64,000 nucleotides of DNA from Bryobacterales bacterium (GCA_965204435.1 OZ241997.1:4899212-4963211), one strand, 5' to 3'. Positions 30,057 to 38,765 are shown, numbered from the stretch's first letter. Numbers and translations: made by a program. Notes: generated by a model not told the origin, from the letters alone.

Positions 30057-33000
30057 ATGTCATTCATTAAACATGCTTTAGTGCTAGTCGTGGCTATGTG
30101 CGGAGTCTTGGTGCCCGCGTCCGCGCAGGATACTGCCACCCTGAGCGGCCAGGTCAACGACGAATCCGGTCTGGGCGTTCCGAACGCGCGGGTCACGGCC
30201 AGCAACCTCTCTACCGGCGGCGAGGAACGTGGTTCGACGGACGGTGCGGGTGCGTACGAGTTGACGCTGGATCCGGGCACGTACTCGATCGTGGTCGAGA
30301 GTCCCGGTTTCGAAGCGGCGATTGCCGATGGTGTCGAACTGGCAGCTGGCCAGTCCGTCGAGCGAAATTTCAGCCTCGAGGTGGCCGCTGTCACCGAGAC
30401 TGTCGTGGTCGTCGGCAGCCGCGCTGCACCCCGCTCGGTGATCGAGTCCACAGTGCCCGTCGACGTCATCAGCACCTCCGACCTTGGTCGGCAGGGGAGC
30501 AGAGATCTGGTCAGCCAGCTGCGGACCGTGATCCCGTCGTTCAACATAAACACCCAGCCGATCAGCGATGCGGCGACGGTGGTCCGGCCGGCGAACTTGC
30601 GCAATCTCGCGCCCGACCACACGCTCGTCTTGGTCAACGGAAAGCGCCGCCACCGGGCGGCGGTTATCACGTGGCTGGGCAATGGCATCGCGGACGGCTC
30701 GCAAGGGCCGGATATCTCTGTCATCCCGTCGATCGCGATCCGGCAGGTCGAGGTTCTGCGGGATGGCGCGGCGGCCCAGTACGGATCCGACGCCATCGCG
30801 GGCGTGATGAACTTTCAGCTGAAGGATGACCCCTCGGGCGGCAGTTTCGAGATCCAGACCGGGGCCTTCAGGGATGCCAATCCTGGGGACCCGTCTACAT
30901 GCGGGGCCGGCATCATCGGTGATATCCAGCACTCGTGCAACGGAATCGGCGGACATGGCAGGACGCTTTCCATTGCTGGCAATATCGGAGTGCCGCTGGG
31001 AGATAACGGCTTCGGCAACTTCAGCATGGAGGTCGCCAACGCCGCGCCGACCAGCCGCTCGATCCAGCGCAACGATGCGGCGGGCATCATTGGCGCGGGC
31101 AATGGCAACATCCGCAATCCTGCGCAGATTTGGGGATCGCCGAGGATCAACCACGACGTGAAGTTGTTCGGGAATTTCGGGTACCAGCTTTCTGATAGTT
31201 TGCAGCTGTACGGCCACACCAACTACTTGACACGCAAGGTGACGGGCGGGTTCTACTTCCGGAACCCACATACCCGCGGCGGTGTCTTCCGCGGTCCGAA
31301 GCTCGAGGATGGAACGCCCTCGCTGCTCGTGGGTGACCGGGTATGGGCCGAGCAGTCTCCCGAAGGCGGGCCGCCCCCAGGCCGCGAAAAAGGCGTCGGC
31401 TGCCCTTTCATTCCGATCGTGAACAACGTTCCGGATGCGGACGCACTCGCGGCGGTCGAGGCCGACCCGAACTGCTTCACCCTCTACAGCCGGTTTCCCG
31501 GAGGCTTTACGCCGCAGTTCGGCGGGGACCTGATCGACTATTCAATCGTCGCCGGTCTGCGAGGGTTCGCGCAGAACGGGTTTGCTTGGGACGCGAGCGT
31601 CAGCAGGGGCACCAGCGAGATTGACCAGTTCATCTTCGACACTGTCAATGCGTCAATCGGATCCGATACGCCGACATCATTCCGGCCAGGCATCTACCGA
31701 CAGGACGAAACCAACCTGAACTTCGACGTCTCCATGCCGGTCAGCGATCTCGTCCACGTGGCCGCTGGCGGTGAGTGGAGGCGGGAGGAGTTCACAATCG
31801 GGGCGGGCGATGACGCGTCGTGGCAGATCGGTCCATATGCGGCGCAGGGCTTCAGTTCCGGCTCGAACGGCTTCAACGGCTATCGTGCCGACACGACGGC
31901 AGGGAAGTGGGAACGCCAGAACGTTGCCATGTACGGCGACGTTGAGTTCTCCCAGCCGGGCCGGTGGACGTTCGGCACCGCCGTCAGATTCGAGAACTTC
32001 GACGATTTCGGCAGCACGGTCAACGGCAAGGTCTCGGGCCGGGTCAAGGTCACTGATGTGCTGGCGGTGCGCGGCGCGGCCAGCACCGGCTTCCGAGCAC
32101 CGACGCCCGGGCAGCAGAACGCGTTCAACGTGACGACGGCATTCATCGGCGGGCAGCTGACCAACAACGGCGTTGTTCCCGCGACCTCGGCAGTCGCCAT
32201 GGCGCGCGGCGGCGGCCAGCTCCAACCGGAAAAATCGTTCAACATGAGCGGCGGTGCCGTGATCGAGAAGGGCGCGTTCACCTTTACGGCAGACTTCTTC
32301 CGGGTCAGGATCGAAGATCGCGTTGCTTTGTCACAGGAAGTTGCCCTGACGGAACCCGAGATCGAGACGTTGCTGGCGGAAGGGATTCCGGAAGCGCGGA
32401 ACTTCCCCGTGTTCCGGTTCTTCCTCAACGATTTCACGACATTGACGCAAGGCGTTGACTTGATTTCAACGTATGCCGCAGGCAACACCACGATCAGCGC
32501 GGTCTTCAACTACACGGACACGCAGCTTCGAGACATTCAATCGTCGGTGATCGACGAGTTCCGTATCACTACGCTGGAACAGGGGCTGCCGAACACTCGC
32601 TGGACCATCAGCGCCACTCACGATGCCCGCCGCTGGGACCTGCTGGCGCGGGTGAACTACTTCGGCAAGTTCTGGGACAGCGAGGACGGGCGGAACGCGG
32701 TTGGCTTGCCCGGCGGGCCGACGGCGGCGGCGCTATACCCATCCTACGCGGGCAGGGCGCTGGTGGATATCGAGTTCGGGGTGCCGATCGGACCCAACGT
32801 GCATCTGGCGGTGGGCGGAGAGAACATCTTCAACACCTATCCCGAAGTAAACCAGTTCGGCGCGATGACAGTCGGCAACATGTACGGACAGTTCTCGCCG
32901 TTCGGCTTCAACGGCGCGAACTTCTACGTGCGGCTCAACTACGGTTGGGGCTCGAGCCGCCCGGGGCGGGGCACTCGTGCGGAATCGACGCCTGAGCTCG

Positions 33001-33335
33001 ATCCCCTCCGGAAGCGCCAAGAGGTTGCCGAGAAGATCGAGGACCTCGACGCCCTGCACGACGAGTTGATCGACCTGTTGAGGGCCAAGCAGGAAGCGCA
33101 GACCGATCTGTGGCTGAAGCGCTGGGCCGGGGACAAGCTGGAAGAGGCGCTGAGGGCGAAGGAGCGCGACATGGAGATGCTGCGGGCCGCCTTGGCGAGG
33201 CGAGGCTTTGGCGACGAAGTCGAGCCGATCGGAAGAACTGCCGAATTGAAGCAGCATCACGTCAAGGGCCAGATCGCAGCCGCCAACCGGCAAGAGCAGC
33301 CCGTCATGGCCGCTGCCTCGGTGCTCGCGCCGTAA
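30057..33335 (+). CDS. TonB-dependent receptor (CarboxypepD_reg + plug + barrel) with a 128-aa C-terminal extension
   Basis: ATG at 30057 follows GTGAGG. Signal peptide ALVLVVAMCGVLVPASAQ. CarboxypepD_reg region LSGQVNDESGLGVPNARVTA...GTYSIVVESPGF. Plug region VVGSRAAPRSVIESTVPVDVI...LVLVNGKRR. The barrel ends at ANFYVRLNYGW (32948). The frame then continues to 33335. Confidence 0.85.
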   Translation: MSFIKHALVLVVAMCGVLVPASAQDTATLSGQVNDESGLGVPNARVTASNLSTGGEERGSTDGAGAYELTLDPGTYSIVVESPGFEAAIADGVELAAGQSVERNFSLEVAAVTETVVVVGSRAAPRSVIESTVPVDVISTSDLGRQGSRDLVSQLRTVIPSFNINTQPISDAATVVRPANLRNLAPDHTLVLVNGKRRHRAAVITWLGNGIADGSQGPDISVIPSIAIRQVEVLRDGAAAQYGSDAIAGVMNFQLKDDPSGGSFEIQTGAFRDANPGDPSTCGAGIIGDIQHSCNGIGGHGRTLSIAGNIGVPLGDNGFGNFSMEVANAAPTSRSIQRNDAAGIIGAGNGNIRNPAQIWGSPRINHDVKLFGNFGYQLSDSLQLYGHTNYLTRKVTGGFYFRNPHTRGGVFRGPKLEDGTPSLLVGDRVWAEQSPEGGPPPGREKGVGCPFIPIVNNVPDADALAAVEADPNCFTLYSRFPGGFTPQFGGDLIDYSIVAGLRGFAQNGFAWDASVSRGTSEIDQFIFDTVNASIGSDTPTSFRPGIYRQDETNLNFDVSMPVSDLVHVAAGGEWRREEFTIGAGDDASWQIGPYAAQGFSSGSNGFNGYRADTTAGKWERQNVAMYGDVEFSQPGRWTFGTAVRFENFDDFGSTVNGKVSGRVKVTDVLAVRGAASTGFRAPTPGQQNAFNVTTAFIGGQLTNNGVVPATSAVAMARGGGQLQPEKSFNMSGGAVIEKGAFTFTADFFRVRIEDRVALSQEVALTEPEIETLLAEGIPEARNFPVFRFFLNDFTTLTQGVDLISTYAAGNTTISAVFNYTDTQLRDIQSSVIDEFRITTLEQGLPNTRWTISATHDARRWDLLARVNYFGKFWDSEDGRNAVGLPGGPTAAALYPSYAGRALVDIEFGVPIGPNVHLAVGGENIFNTYPEVNQFGAMTVGNMYGQFSPFGFNGANFYVRLNYGWGSSRPGRGTRAESTPELDPLRKRQEVAEKIEDLDALHDELIDLLRAKQEAQTDLWLKRWAGDKLEEALRAKERDMEMLRAALARRGFGDEVEPIGRTAELKQHHVKGQIAAANRQEQPVMAAASVLAP

Positions 33336-33342
33336 ACTGATT

Positions 33343-33363
33343 CGGTTCCCGCAACGGGAACCG
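33343..33363 (+). terminator. stem-loop downstream of the receptor gene
   Basis: cggttcccg-caa-cgggaaccg forms a 9-bp perfect stem, 8 nt after the stop. There is no clear U-tract. Confidence 0.4.
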
Positions 33364-34167
33364 GAAACCTGCGGCGCTGGGCGGCCGAGCTGCCCCGGCT
33401 TGATCGTCGGGGCAGCCGGCTAGGCGGTGGCACTCAGCGGTTGACTGGGCAATTGGCCCTGCTCTATCGGCGTCGCGTTGAGCCCGACGCTCTTGCTTCA
33501 TTAAGGGGTCGCGGAGGTCGCGGATAGTCCGTCCGGCGTCGCGCGTGCGGGCGCTCGCCCGCAAATTCGTTGCAACCGGGGCTCGCAAGCGGCTTGCATT
33601 CCCCGGGGCATCTCTCGTATCGCGACTGCTGCCCGGTTGAGTGCGATTGACGTGCAGAGAGCCGATCCGTGCATGGAAGGGTGCGCCGAGCGCCAGAGTG
33701 TCGACGGGATGCTGCCGGGCCCGATTCCCGAGCAGTCTGCCAATGCAATCGAAGTGCTGCTCTTGGCATGGGTGATCTCCACGGGAGACCACACCCGCAC
33801 TTGCCTCGAGACCATCAAGGTCAGGGCACGGGAGGCGGTCGATCTCTTCCTTCCTGGCGATTCTCCGCTGCCGGGCTCGATTGACCGGCGTGCCGAACTC
33901 TTGGACGGCGCGTGCTTCCCGGAATTCTGCCGTTCCTACTTGGGAGGCGACGACCAGACCTGATGCGGACTCTCTGTCGACTCTCGCATGCAACCGCCCG
34001 CTAGGCGGGGCGCTGGCCCTGGATGCCGCGTGTCGTGCGGTCCAAGGCTGCTTGGCAGATTGAACACCATCGACGGGACTGTGTTCGGAGGTGAGATGCC
34101 GGCCCTCAGCGGCGCAATCCGGAGGGGCAGGGCCTGTCTGCGCTCCCTCGCGTCCGTTGCTACGCCG

Positions 34168-34227
34168 CTATGCTCGTCGCGGTCGATACCGAACACCCTC
34201 GATACCCTCGAAGTCCGCGTCCTGCGT
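34168..34227 (-). pseudogene. vapC: 3' fragment of vapC displaced by the RIT insertion
   Basis: The minus strand from 34227 reads acg cag gac gcg gac ttc gag ggt atc gag ggt gtt cgg tat cga ccg cga cga gca tag = TQDADFEGIEGVRYRPRRA*. This is the usual PIN C-terminus (T-x-D-x-D-F), in frame with ...AELW at 37961. Confidence 0.8.
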
Positions 34228-34315
34228 CCAGCATGGGAACCCTACGATTATGGGAACCTGCCTCCCGTAACCTGTTGGGTTACAAAGGCTTGGGGGTTGA
34301 CTAGGTTCCCATAAT
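34228..34315. repeat. RIT left terminal inverted repeat (IR-L)
   Basis: ccagcatgggaaccctacgattatgggaacctgcctcccgtaacctgttgggttacaaaggcttgggggttgactaggttcccataat is the reverse complement of 37847-37934 apart from one mismatch (34305 versus 37857). Confidence 0.95.
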
Positions 34316-34316
34316 G

Positions 34317-35354
34317 CTAGCGCTCTGCCGAGTCTCCAACCGCTGCGACGTCTCCGAGCATGGCGAGGAGTTCGTCGTGCACGCCATCAAAGGATCCCTT
34401 GCGGAGGTTCGGCGGCTGCCGAGCTGACAGGATGTCGAGCTTGTTGGCCGGGTCCACCCGCAGGTACATTTCGGTCGACTGCAGACTGGCATGGCCAAGC
34501 CAGAGGGCGACCTGCCGTATGTCGCCGGTTGCCTCGAGCGTATTGAGAGCACAGGCGTGCCTCAATGCGTGTGGCGTGACGGCCTTGCTCGCGATTGAAG
34601 GCATCGTGTGTCCCGCGGTTTCCGCGTGCAGGGTGAGTCTCTTGGCAAAGCCGCGTCGCGTCATGCCGGTACCGAATGCATTCAGAAAGAGATGCTGGTC
34701 GGTACCATTTGGACGGACATGGAGCCATTTGCGTAGCGCGCTGCGGGTTTGCTTCCACAGCGGCAGGACGCGCCCGCGGCGTCCCTTGCCCATCACCCGG
34801 ATGCTGTCGAGTCCCGGCGCCTTGAGGTCTTCCAGGGCAAGGCCAACCAACTCCGAGACCCGCAGGCCGGCATTGTAGGTCAGGCACAGCATCGCACGAT
34901 CCCGCAAGCCGGTGACGGTGTCGGCAGCGGGGGCATCGAGCAAGGCCTGGACCTCGGCATGGTTGAGATACTCGACCGGCGGCAGATCACCTTTCTTCTG
35001 CGGCAAGGCATGCACCTGAGCCGCTAGGTCGAGGCACTCAGGATGTCGGAATTCCAGATAGCGGAAGAAGGACTTGATCGCAGCCAGACGGGCATTGCGG
35101 GTCCGCACGCCATTGTTCCGGTCCGCCTCGAGATGATCGAGGAAGGCGAGCAACGTCGTCGTGTCGAGATGCCCGACCTCCAACTGGCACGGTCGGACCT
35201 TGTGCCGCCGTGCTGCGAAGACTGCCAGGAGCTTGAAGCTGGCGACGTAGCTCTCAATGGTATGTGGGCTAGAGCCGCGATCGCGCGGCAGGTACTCCCT
35301 GAGGAAGCGCGCCAGAGGCCGTGCGAGATCACTCATCGTCCGTCCTCCCGGCAC
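34317..35354 (-). CDS. tyrosine recombinase, third gene of the trio (RitC position)
   Basis: 345 aa with a SAM-like N-domain (HTIESYVASFKLL). The catalytic region has LRVSELVGL, HALRHACALNTL and LGHASLQSTEMYLRV. The stop lies 1 nt from IR-L. Confidence 0.9.
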   Translation of the reverse strand: MPGGRTMSDLARPLARFLREYLPRDRGSSPHTIESYVASFKLLAVFAARRHKVRPCQLEVGHLDTTTLLAFLDHLEADRNNGVRTRNARLAAIKSFFRYLEFRHPECLDLAAQVHALPQKKGDLPPVEYLNHAEVQALLDAPAADTVTGLRDRAMLCLTYNAGLRVSELVGLALEDLKAPGLDSIRVMGKGRRGRVLPLWKQTRSALRKWLHVRPNGTDQHLFLNAFGTGMTRRGFAKRLTLHAETAGHTMPSIASKAVTPHALRHACALNTLEATGDIRQVALWLGHASLQSTEMYLRVDPANKLDILSARQPPNLRKGSFDGVHDELLAMLGDVAAVGDSAER

Positions 35355-36273
35355 GCAGTCGTTCGGTGGCCGCAGACACTTGGTTCAGCAAGACAGGCGT
35401 CGCCTCGAGGTACCAGTAGGTATCGGTGGGTTTCGCATGGCCGAGATAGGTGGACAGCGCGAGCATGTGACGGCTGATCTGCCTCCGATCGCGGGACACG
35501 ACGCCCTCCAGAGCGCGCGCCGCGAAGCCATGGCGAAGATCATGGAGGCGCGGACCGGGCTCGTCCCGTCCCCCGCGCAGTCCGAGCTGACGCGCTAGCC
35601 GGATAAAGGTATGGGTCAGATGATCGGGGCTGACTGGACGGCCAGTGGCGAGAACGAAGAAATGGTCGCCCGGGCTGCCGCATCGCAAGCGGATCTCCAG
35701 GTACCGGTCCAGTGCTGCCCGTACGCTCTCATGCAGGGGCACGAGCCGCTGCTTGCCGAATTTGGCAGTGCGAATCCGCAGTCCGTCTTGCGTGAAATCC
35801 TCGAGTTTCAGGCCGATGGCCTCCGCACGCCGCAGACCGGTCGCTGCGAGCAGCCCGATGATGTGGTGGAAGGTCACGGGTGTGATGGAGCCGGCGGGCG
35901 GCAGTTCCAGAGCCGCATCCATGACCTGCCGGACTTCCGCCAACGACAGCAGCCGGGGCGGTGGCCGGTGACGCGTCGCCCGGCCAAGGGCATCCCTGTG
36001 GGGAATCTCGTGCCGTTCGTCCTCGGCATACAGATAGTCGGCCAACCCGCGGACGAGCAGAAGCCGCCGGCGTTTCTGCTGGGGCGACGCTGCCTGCGAC
36101 GCCCAGGCGAGAACGGTTTCGACACGAATGAATCGGTCGCCTCGAGCCTCGGCATGAGCGGCAAAGCCGCCAAGAATCTGCTCTGGTTCCTGAAAGGACA
36201 GACCGGTGGCGCGCTTGAAGGCGACATATGAGATGACGTGGTCGGTCAGGGTCATCCGAGTTCTCCCGGCCAA
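35329..36273 (-). CDS. tyrosine recombinase, second gene of the trio (RitB position)
   Basis: 314 aa with GLRRAEAIGL, LHDLRHGFAARAL and LGHAKPTDTYWYLEA. It overlaps both neighbours (26 nt and 22 nt). Confidence 0.9.
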   Translation of the reverse strand: MAGRTRMTLTDHVISYVAFKRATGLSFQEPEQILGGFAAHAEARGDRFIRVETVLAWASQAASPQQKRRRLLLVRGLADYLYAEDERHEIPHRDALGRATRHRPPPRLLSLAEVRQVMDAALELPPAGSITPVTFHHIIGLLAATGLRRAEAIGLKLEDFTQDGLRIRTAKFGKQRLVPLHESVRAALDRYLEIRLRCGSPGDHFFVLATGRPVSPDHLTHTFIRLARQLGLRGGRDEPGPRLHDLRHGFAARALEGVVSRDRRQISRHMLALSTYLGHAKPTDTYWYLEATPVLLNQVSAATERLRAGRTDDE

Positions 36274-37799
36274 GGCTGAGCCAGATCGAGAAGCATCGGA
36301 ACATCCACGCGAGCGTAGATTGCCGTCGTCTTGATGGATTGGTGGCGCAGTAGAGCACCGACGGCCTCCAGAGAAATTCCGGCGCGCAGCAGGTGGGTGG
36401 CTCTGGAGTGGCGGAACAGATAGGCGGCGGGGAGGCCGTCATTGACGACCCCGATTCGTTTCATCGCGCGTCGCACGATGGAGCCGACTGCCGAACTGGA
36501 CAAGCGAGCGTGAGGAGCGAGGGACCGCAGGAACACAGTTGCGCATTCGGTGCGTGGCCGCGCTCGCAAGATGTAGTCCTTGAGGGCATTGCCGGCTTCC
36601 TGCGACAGTGGCAGAGCCGCACTGCGGCGCGATTTCCCGTTGACCCTGATGAGCGCTTGCTCCCAGTCGAGATCGCCTAGCTGCAGGGCTGTAATGTCTG
36701 CGGGGCGCAGTGCGAGCCGTGCCAGTAGCAGCAGGACGGCCCGATCCCGCAATCCGATAGAGGTTGAAGTGTCGCAACTTGCGATCAGCGCCTCAATGTC
36801 CCCCTCCTCGACATACCGGGGTAACCGTGCCTCCGTCTGCTGGGAGATCGAAGGGACCGCACCAACAAGGCCAGGGCGGCACAGCCCCTGCACCGCCAGG
36901 AACCGCAGATACGACCGCAGCGCTGTGGCCTCGTTCGCGATCTGGCCTCGCGAGTAGGATTCCGCACGGTTCAGAAAGGCAGTGCGGATCGACGCTGCAT
37001 CATAGGTCCCCGGACTATCGCCGAGCAGCAGCAACAGCCCTCGCAGGCAGCGGTCGTAGTTCCTCAACGTGATATCGCGGACGCCGCGATGACGGCGTAG
37101 CCAGCCGAGGAAGGCGTCGACATGGACGCCACGGCTCGCGCCTGGCACCGGATCGCGCCAGTCCGCAACCACACCTCGCTCGACTAGGAAGCTGGCAAAC
37201 CTTGCGAGCCTGGCCTCGGCGTCGCGGTTTCCGGAAAACGCATTGGGACGAGCGAAGAAGTGCGGATGCGCGCAAGCGCAGTCATGGTCGAGAAACCGCT
37301 GCAGGACGTCGCGGTCGAACTCTGCTAGTTCCAAGTTCGAGCGATACAGCCAAACAATGAAGTGTCGGCAGAGTGTCCGGTACGAACGAATTGTCGATGC
37401 TCGGTAACCTTGGGGCTTCAAGATGCCCGTGAACGCTTCCACGAGTCCACCGCCTGTGACAATCGCGGGCGGGACGGCCGCCAGACCGGTTTCGATCAGG
37501 TAGCCGAGAACACGATGCGCCTGCGATCTTGACCGCTCGTTCAGCTGGCTACGGAATTCGGCCGGACAGTCGCAGTCGTGGCTGAGAAAGCCGTCAACGC
37601 TGCGGATGTCCAGCGCCGCAACGTCCGATTCATTGACCGTTAGCCAAGCGACGATGTGCCGGGCTGTTCTTTTCAGATTGCTGAAGAGGCTGGCCGAATA
37701 GCCCCGGTCGTTCAGATGCGCCTCGTAGGCCGGAACAATCCGGTCGACATGCGCCTGGATGACCTCGGTTGACGCCCGAGGCGGGAAGGGTAGAGTCAT
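36252..37799 (-). CDS. tyrosine recombinase, first gene of the trio (RitA position)
   Basis: 515 aa with a long N-terminal region. The catalytic region has LALRPADITAL, FRHSRATHLLRAG and LRHQSIKTTAIYARV. The RBS AGGAG lies 7 nt upstream. Confidence 0.9.
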   Translation of the reverse strand: MTLPFPPRASTEVIQAHVDRIVPAYEAHLNDRGYSASLFSNLKRTARHIVAWLTVNESDVAALDIRSVDGFLSHDCDCPAEFRSQLNERSRSQAHRVLGYLIETGLAAVPPAIVTGGGLVEAFTGILKPQGYRASTIRSYRTLCRHFIVWLYRSNLELAEFDRDVLQRFLDHDCACAHPHFFARPNAFSGNRDAEARLARFASFLVERGVVADWRDPVPGASRGVHVDAFLGWLRRHRGVRDITLRNYDRCLRGLLLLLGDSPGTYDAASIRTAFLNRAESYSRGQIANEATALRSYLRFLAVQGLCRPGLVGAVPSISQQTEARLPRYVEEGDIEALIASCDTSTSIGLRDRAVLLLLARLALRPADITALQLGDLDWEQALIRVNGKSRRSAALPLSQEAGNALKDYILRARPRTECATVFLRSLAPHARLSSSAVGSIVRRAMKRIGVVNDGLPAAYLFRHSRATHLLRAGISLEAVGALLRHQSIKTTAIYARVDVPMLLDLAQPWPGELG

Positions 37800-37846
37800 G
37801 ATTCATCTCCTGTGCTGGTAAGAAACCAACAGAAGATGACAAGACA

Positions 37847-37934
37847 ATTATGGGAATCTAGTCAACCCCCAAGCCTTTGTAACCCAACAGGTTACGGGAG
37901 GCAGGTTCCCATAATCGTAGGGTTCCCATGCTGG
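37847..37934. repeat. RIT right terminal inverted repeat (IR-R)
   Basis: Reverse complement of 34228-34315 (87/88 identical). The ORF track independently shows the same peptide, AWEPYDYGNLPPVTCWVTKAWGLTRFP, in ORFs on opposite strands at the two sites. Confidence 0.95.
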
Positions 37935-37937
37935 GTT

Positions 37938-37957
37938 ATATCGGAACGTTCCGATAT
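37938..37957. repeat. perfect 20-bp palindrome abutting IR-R
   Basis: atatcggaac|gttccgatat. It lies in the 26 bp (37935-37960) between IR-R and the vapC junction. There is no counterpart at the left end. Confidence 0.9.
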
Positions 37958-37960
37958 CAT

Positions 37961-38278
37961 CCACAGTTCCGCGCCGTACTTGCGGGCCGTCGCGAGGATG
38001 ATACTGTCGGCCAGAGGCAGCTTCAGATCGACACTTAGCGCCGCCGCGCTCACAGCAAGCTCCGCCCCCAGCTCCGCGACAGTTCCCTGTTGCATGGCCG
38101 CCATCGCTTGAAGTGCTGCGCTCTCGCCGCGTTGCTGGAGCACCCGCTTGAACACTTCGAAGAGACTTATCGTGGGGACCACAAGGGCCTCGATGTCTTC
38201 GATCGGTTCCGCAAAGAAGGAGGCGTTTGCCCCATCGGCAAGATACTCCAGCCAGGCGCTGGAATCGACGACATTCAT
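37961..38278 (-). pseudogene. vapC: 5' part of the PIN-domain toxin gene vapC, interrupted by the RIT element
   Basis: MNVVDSSAWLEYL...VPTISLFEV...LPLADSIILATARKYGAELW is PIN-like. The ORF called at 37892-38278 continues as MISERSDITQHGNPTIMGTCLP, which is encoded by the palindrome and IR-R. Confidence 0.8.
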
Positions 38279-38481
38279 ACCCGGTCTGCCGCGCGTTCAA
38301 CGCTCGTGTCGAGTCCCTTCAAAGAACCTCTCAGCTCCCGCATCGGTCGCACAGGAATCAGCTCGATGCGGTCGCCATAGGCGATCGCTTGGATCTTCTG
38401 GCCCGGCAGGAGGCAGAGCTGATCCCGGATCTGCTTAGGAATCACGACTTGGTACTTGGGGGAAATGGTCACTGTTGCCAC
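38275..38481 (-). CDS. vapB: AbrB/MazE/SpoVT-family antitoxin
   Basis: 68 aa. ATVTISPKYQVVIPKQIRDQLCLLPGQKIQAIAYGDRIELIP is a SpoVT-AbrB swapped-hairpin motif. The GTG start follows GGAG. The stop overlaps the vapC start (ATGA). Confidence 0.8.
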   Translation of the reverse strand: MATVTISPKYQVVIPKQIRDQLCLLPGQKIQAIAYGDRIELIPVRPMRELRGSLKGLDTSVERAADRV

Positions 38482-38765
38482 GAGATCTCCGTCGACGTGT
38501 CTAGTGTAATACGGAGAATGTATCGATCAGGTATTTCCCATATCACGCCTCCTAGCTTGTAGAGGAGAAAACAGCACTAACTGACCAGAAACTCGAGCTT
38601 GTCGGCGCACGTCAAACTTGCAGTCGCTGCCCAGTGATTCGCAGTTGCAGACCGTCTCGCGCCAGGAATCTTCTGCAGGAGCTCCAGTCCGGAGGGCTCC
38701 TGCTAGGCGCGTCATGCTGAGATTTCGCTTCAGTTGCTGTACCCGACTGGGAAGGTAGTTTCCGT

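Larger units (their letters stand above)
34228..37960 (-). mobile_element. recombinase-in-trio (RIT) element
   Basis: Three overlapping tyrosine recombinase genes lie between 88-bp inverted repeats. On both sides the element is flanked by halves of one vapC gene. TCCA is present at both junctions (34227-34230 and 37960-37963). Confidence 0.85.

Noticed and set aside
37892-38278. The ORF as called in the track: an intact 128-aa VapC.
   Set aside because: The last 22 codons (MISERSDITQHGNPTIMGTCLP) are encoded by the 20-bp palindrome and IR-R of the RIT element. The authentic C-terminus lies at 34168-34227. The gene is therefore annotated as interrupted rather than intact.
38535-38542. TTCCCATA, the core of the RIT IR 9-mer, recurs upstream of vapB.
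   Set aside because: A single 8-mer match in a lower-GC stretch is expected by chance. There is no flanking similarity to the IR.
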